Source: Tubulanus polymorphus
Lineage: Eukaryota > Animalia > Nemertea
Length of the DNA: 64,000 nucleotides
Direction: 5' to 3'
Assembly: GCF_964204645.1 (NCBI RefSeq)
Contig: NC_134029.1
Location: forward strand, 2,604,001-2,668,000
The notes below the pieces were generated by a model that ran no database searches, had not been told where the DNA came from, and saw only the letters and a program-made list of their open reading frames with translations. The translations under genes were made by a program, and so were the position numbers. Of this stretch, positions 62,758 through 64,000 are shown piece after piece. Numbering within the stretch: the first letter of the stretch is position 1; each line of letters starts with the position of its first letter.

Positions 62758-64000
62758 GTAAGTGTGGTTTTATCAGTGAACATACGTGGAAGTTGGCTTA
62801 CCTAACAGCAATTACAATCTGCTGCAATATCCAATGACGCAATGAGAGTTTTTATTTTGGGACGACCCGCATTCGGACGCCGGCGCGCCGGGGAATAGAA
62901 TTGGCTATTACTACTGCAGTACAGTTAAAATGTATATGATATACCAATGTATGCATTGGAAACGGCTGGGATAACGATCGGTTTGAATGAAGCGCGAGGG
63001 AAAATTTCTGAACAAGATATCAAATAAAGCTAATGAGTACTAATATAAGCCGCAACAAATGGGGCACGTTTTACATTTAATTACATACATGATATGTATA
63101 TATTTTTCTCTTAATTAGTAAAATTAGGGTTACATTTATGGAAGCATCTGAATTATGATGTCGGAATATAAAACGTTTATACATATATCGGGCAGGGATT
63201 AATATCTAGCGCTGTATGCGCTCTCTGCCATATGTTACTTTAACACAATCATCGTATATATTAACACGAATACCGCTTTGTGTATAAAGTGCACAAACCT
63301 GTACAAACTGGCCGAATGGAGAGTTCCGGCATAATGATTTAAAAACACACCAAACGTGAAAAGCGCACACGGCGTCGCGGGGAAAGAGCGCGCTTAAGAT
63401 TTGAATTTTGGGTCCATGGCAGGACCGTAGCAATACAGCATTATCATTGTACAACGATGATATCTCCTCTTAACAACTACTCACGAATTGTTGTTTAGTT
63501 TTACGATTGGTTTTTAGGCGTGGTTTGGTGTTCATTTTTAATCCGGAAAAACTCTGACTCGCTCGCAAGCTACCGATATGCGTGAAACCTGAACCGTCAA
63601 GTGCTGCCCCTATATACGCTGACGGCGAATATGTGAACCAACTTAAACTTGCATGCCATAGTAGAAATTATGGGCTCATTAGTTCCCACGTTGACCGCTA
63701 ATGATTTGTATAGAGACAGCACTTAGCGGTTTAGATCTGATACTCTGCGTTGGGCCGAACTGCTGCACCGAAATACAAAACTGTCACATTTCATTTAACT
63801 ATCGTTTTGTAAATAAAAGAAGGAAATTTGTGATAAGAATCGATTAAGGATATAGGTACAGGAAAGGTGATAGTTTTGTAGAATTTAATAAAGGAATGCG
63901 TTTTTCCAAAAATATATGATTAGAGACACTTCGGGTGAAAATGTCGCTGTATACCAGAGCCCTGTCATTATCATCGAAAGCGTCTCGGTTCCAGAGAAAC

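Overview
AT-rich metazoan genomic DNA with GT-AG introns, probably a marine invertebrate such as a spiralian (inference; the species cannot be fixed from the sequence). In order: (1) the last six coding exons of an alpha-arrestin (ARRDC-like) gene on + (150-3717), with a minisatellite filling its first visible intron and a 65-bp-arm palindrome in its probable 3' UTR; (2) a convergent, uninterrupted 597-aa ankyrin/6-TM TRPV-like channel ORF on - (6135-7928) with a divergent pore and TRP box; (3) a ~45 kb stretch without other recognisable genes, containing a single-exon FoxQ2 gene of the C-terminal-eh1 (FoxQD/fd102C) type on - (39825-41255), with a readable promoter and polyA signal, candidate enhancer clusters, CTCF-like motifs, MITEs, microsatellites and Penelope-type hammerhead relics; (4) a tRNA-His(GUG) gene (54359-54430), followed by a divergent pair of B-box-containing structured elements, a housekeeping-type promoter (~55.5 kb) and weakly supported exons of further transcripts. 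No CRISPR array, rRNA or prokaryotic operon is present. The best leads are the divergent TRPV-like channel, the covarying inverted element next to the tRNA, and the FoxQ2 regulatory landscape. All three are hypotheses that need database or experimental checks.
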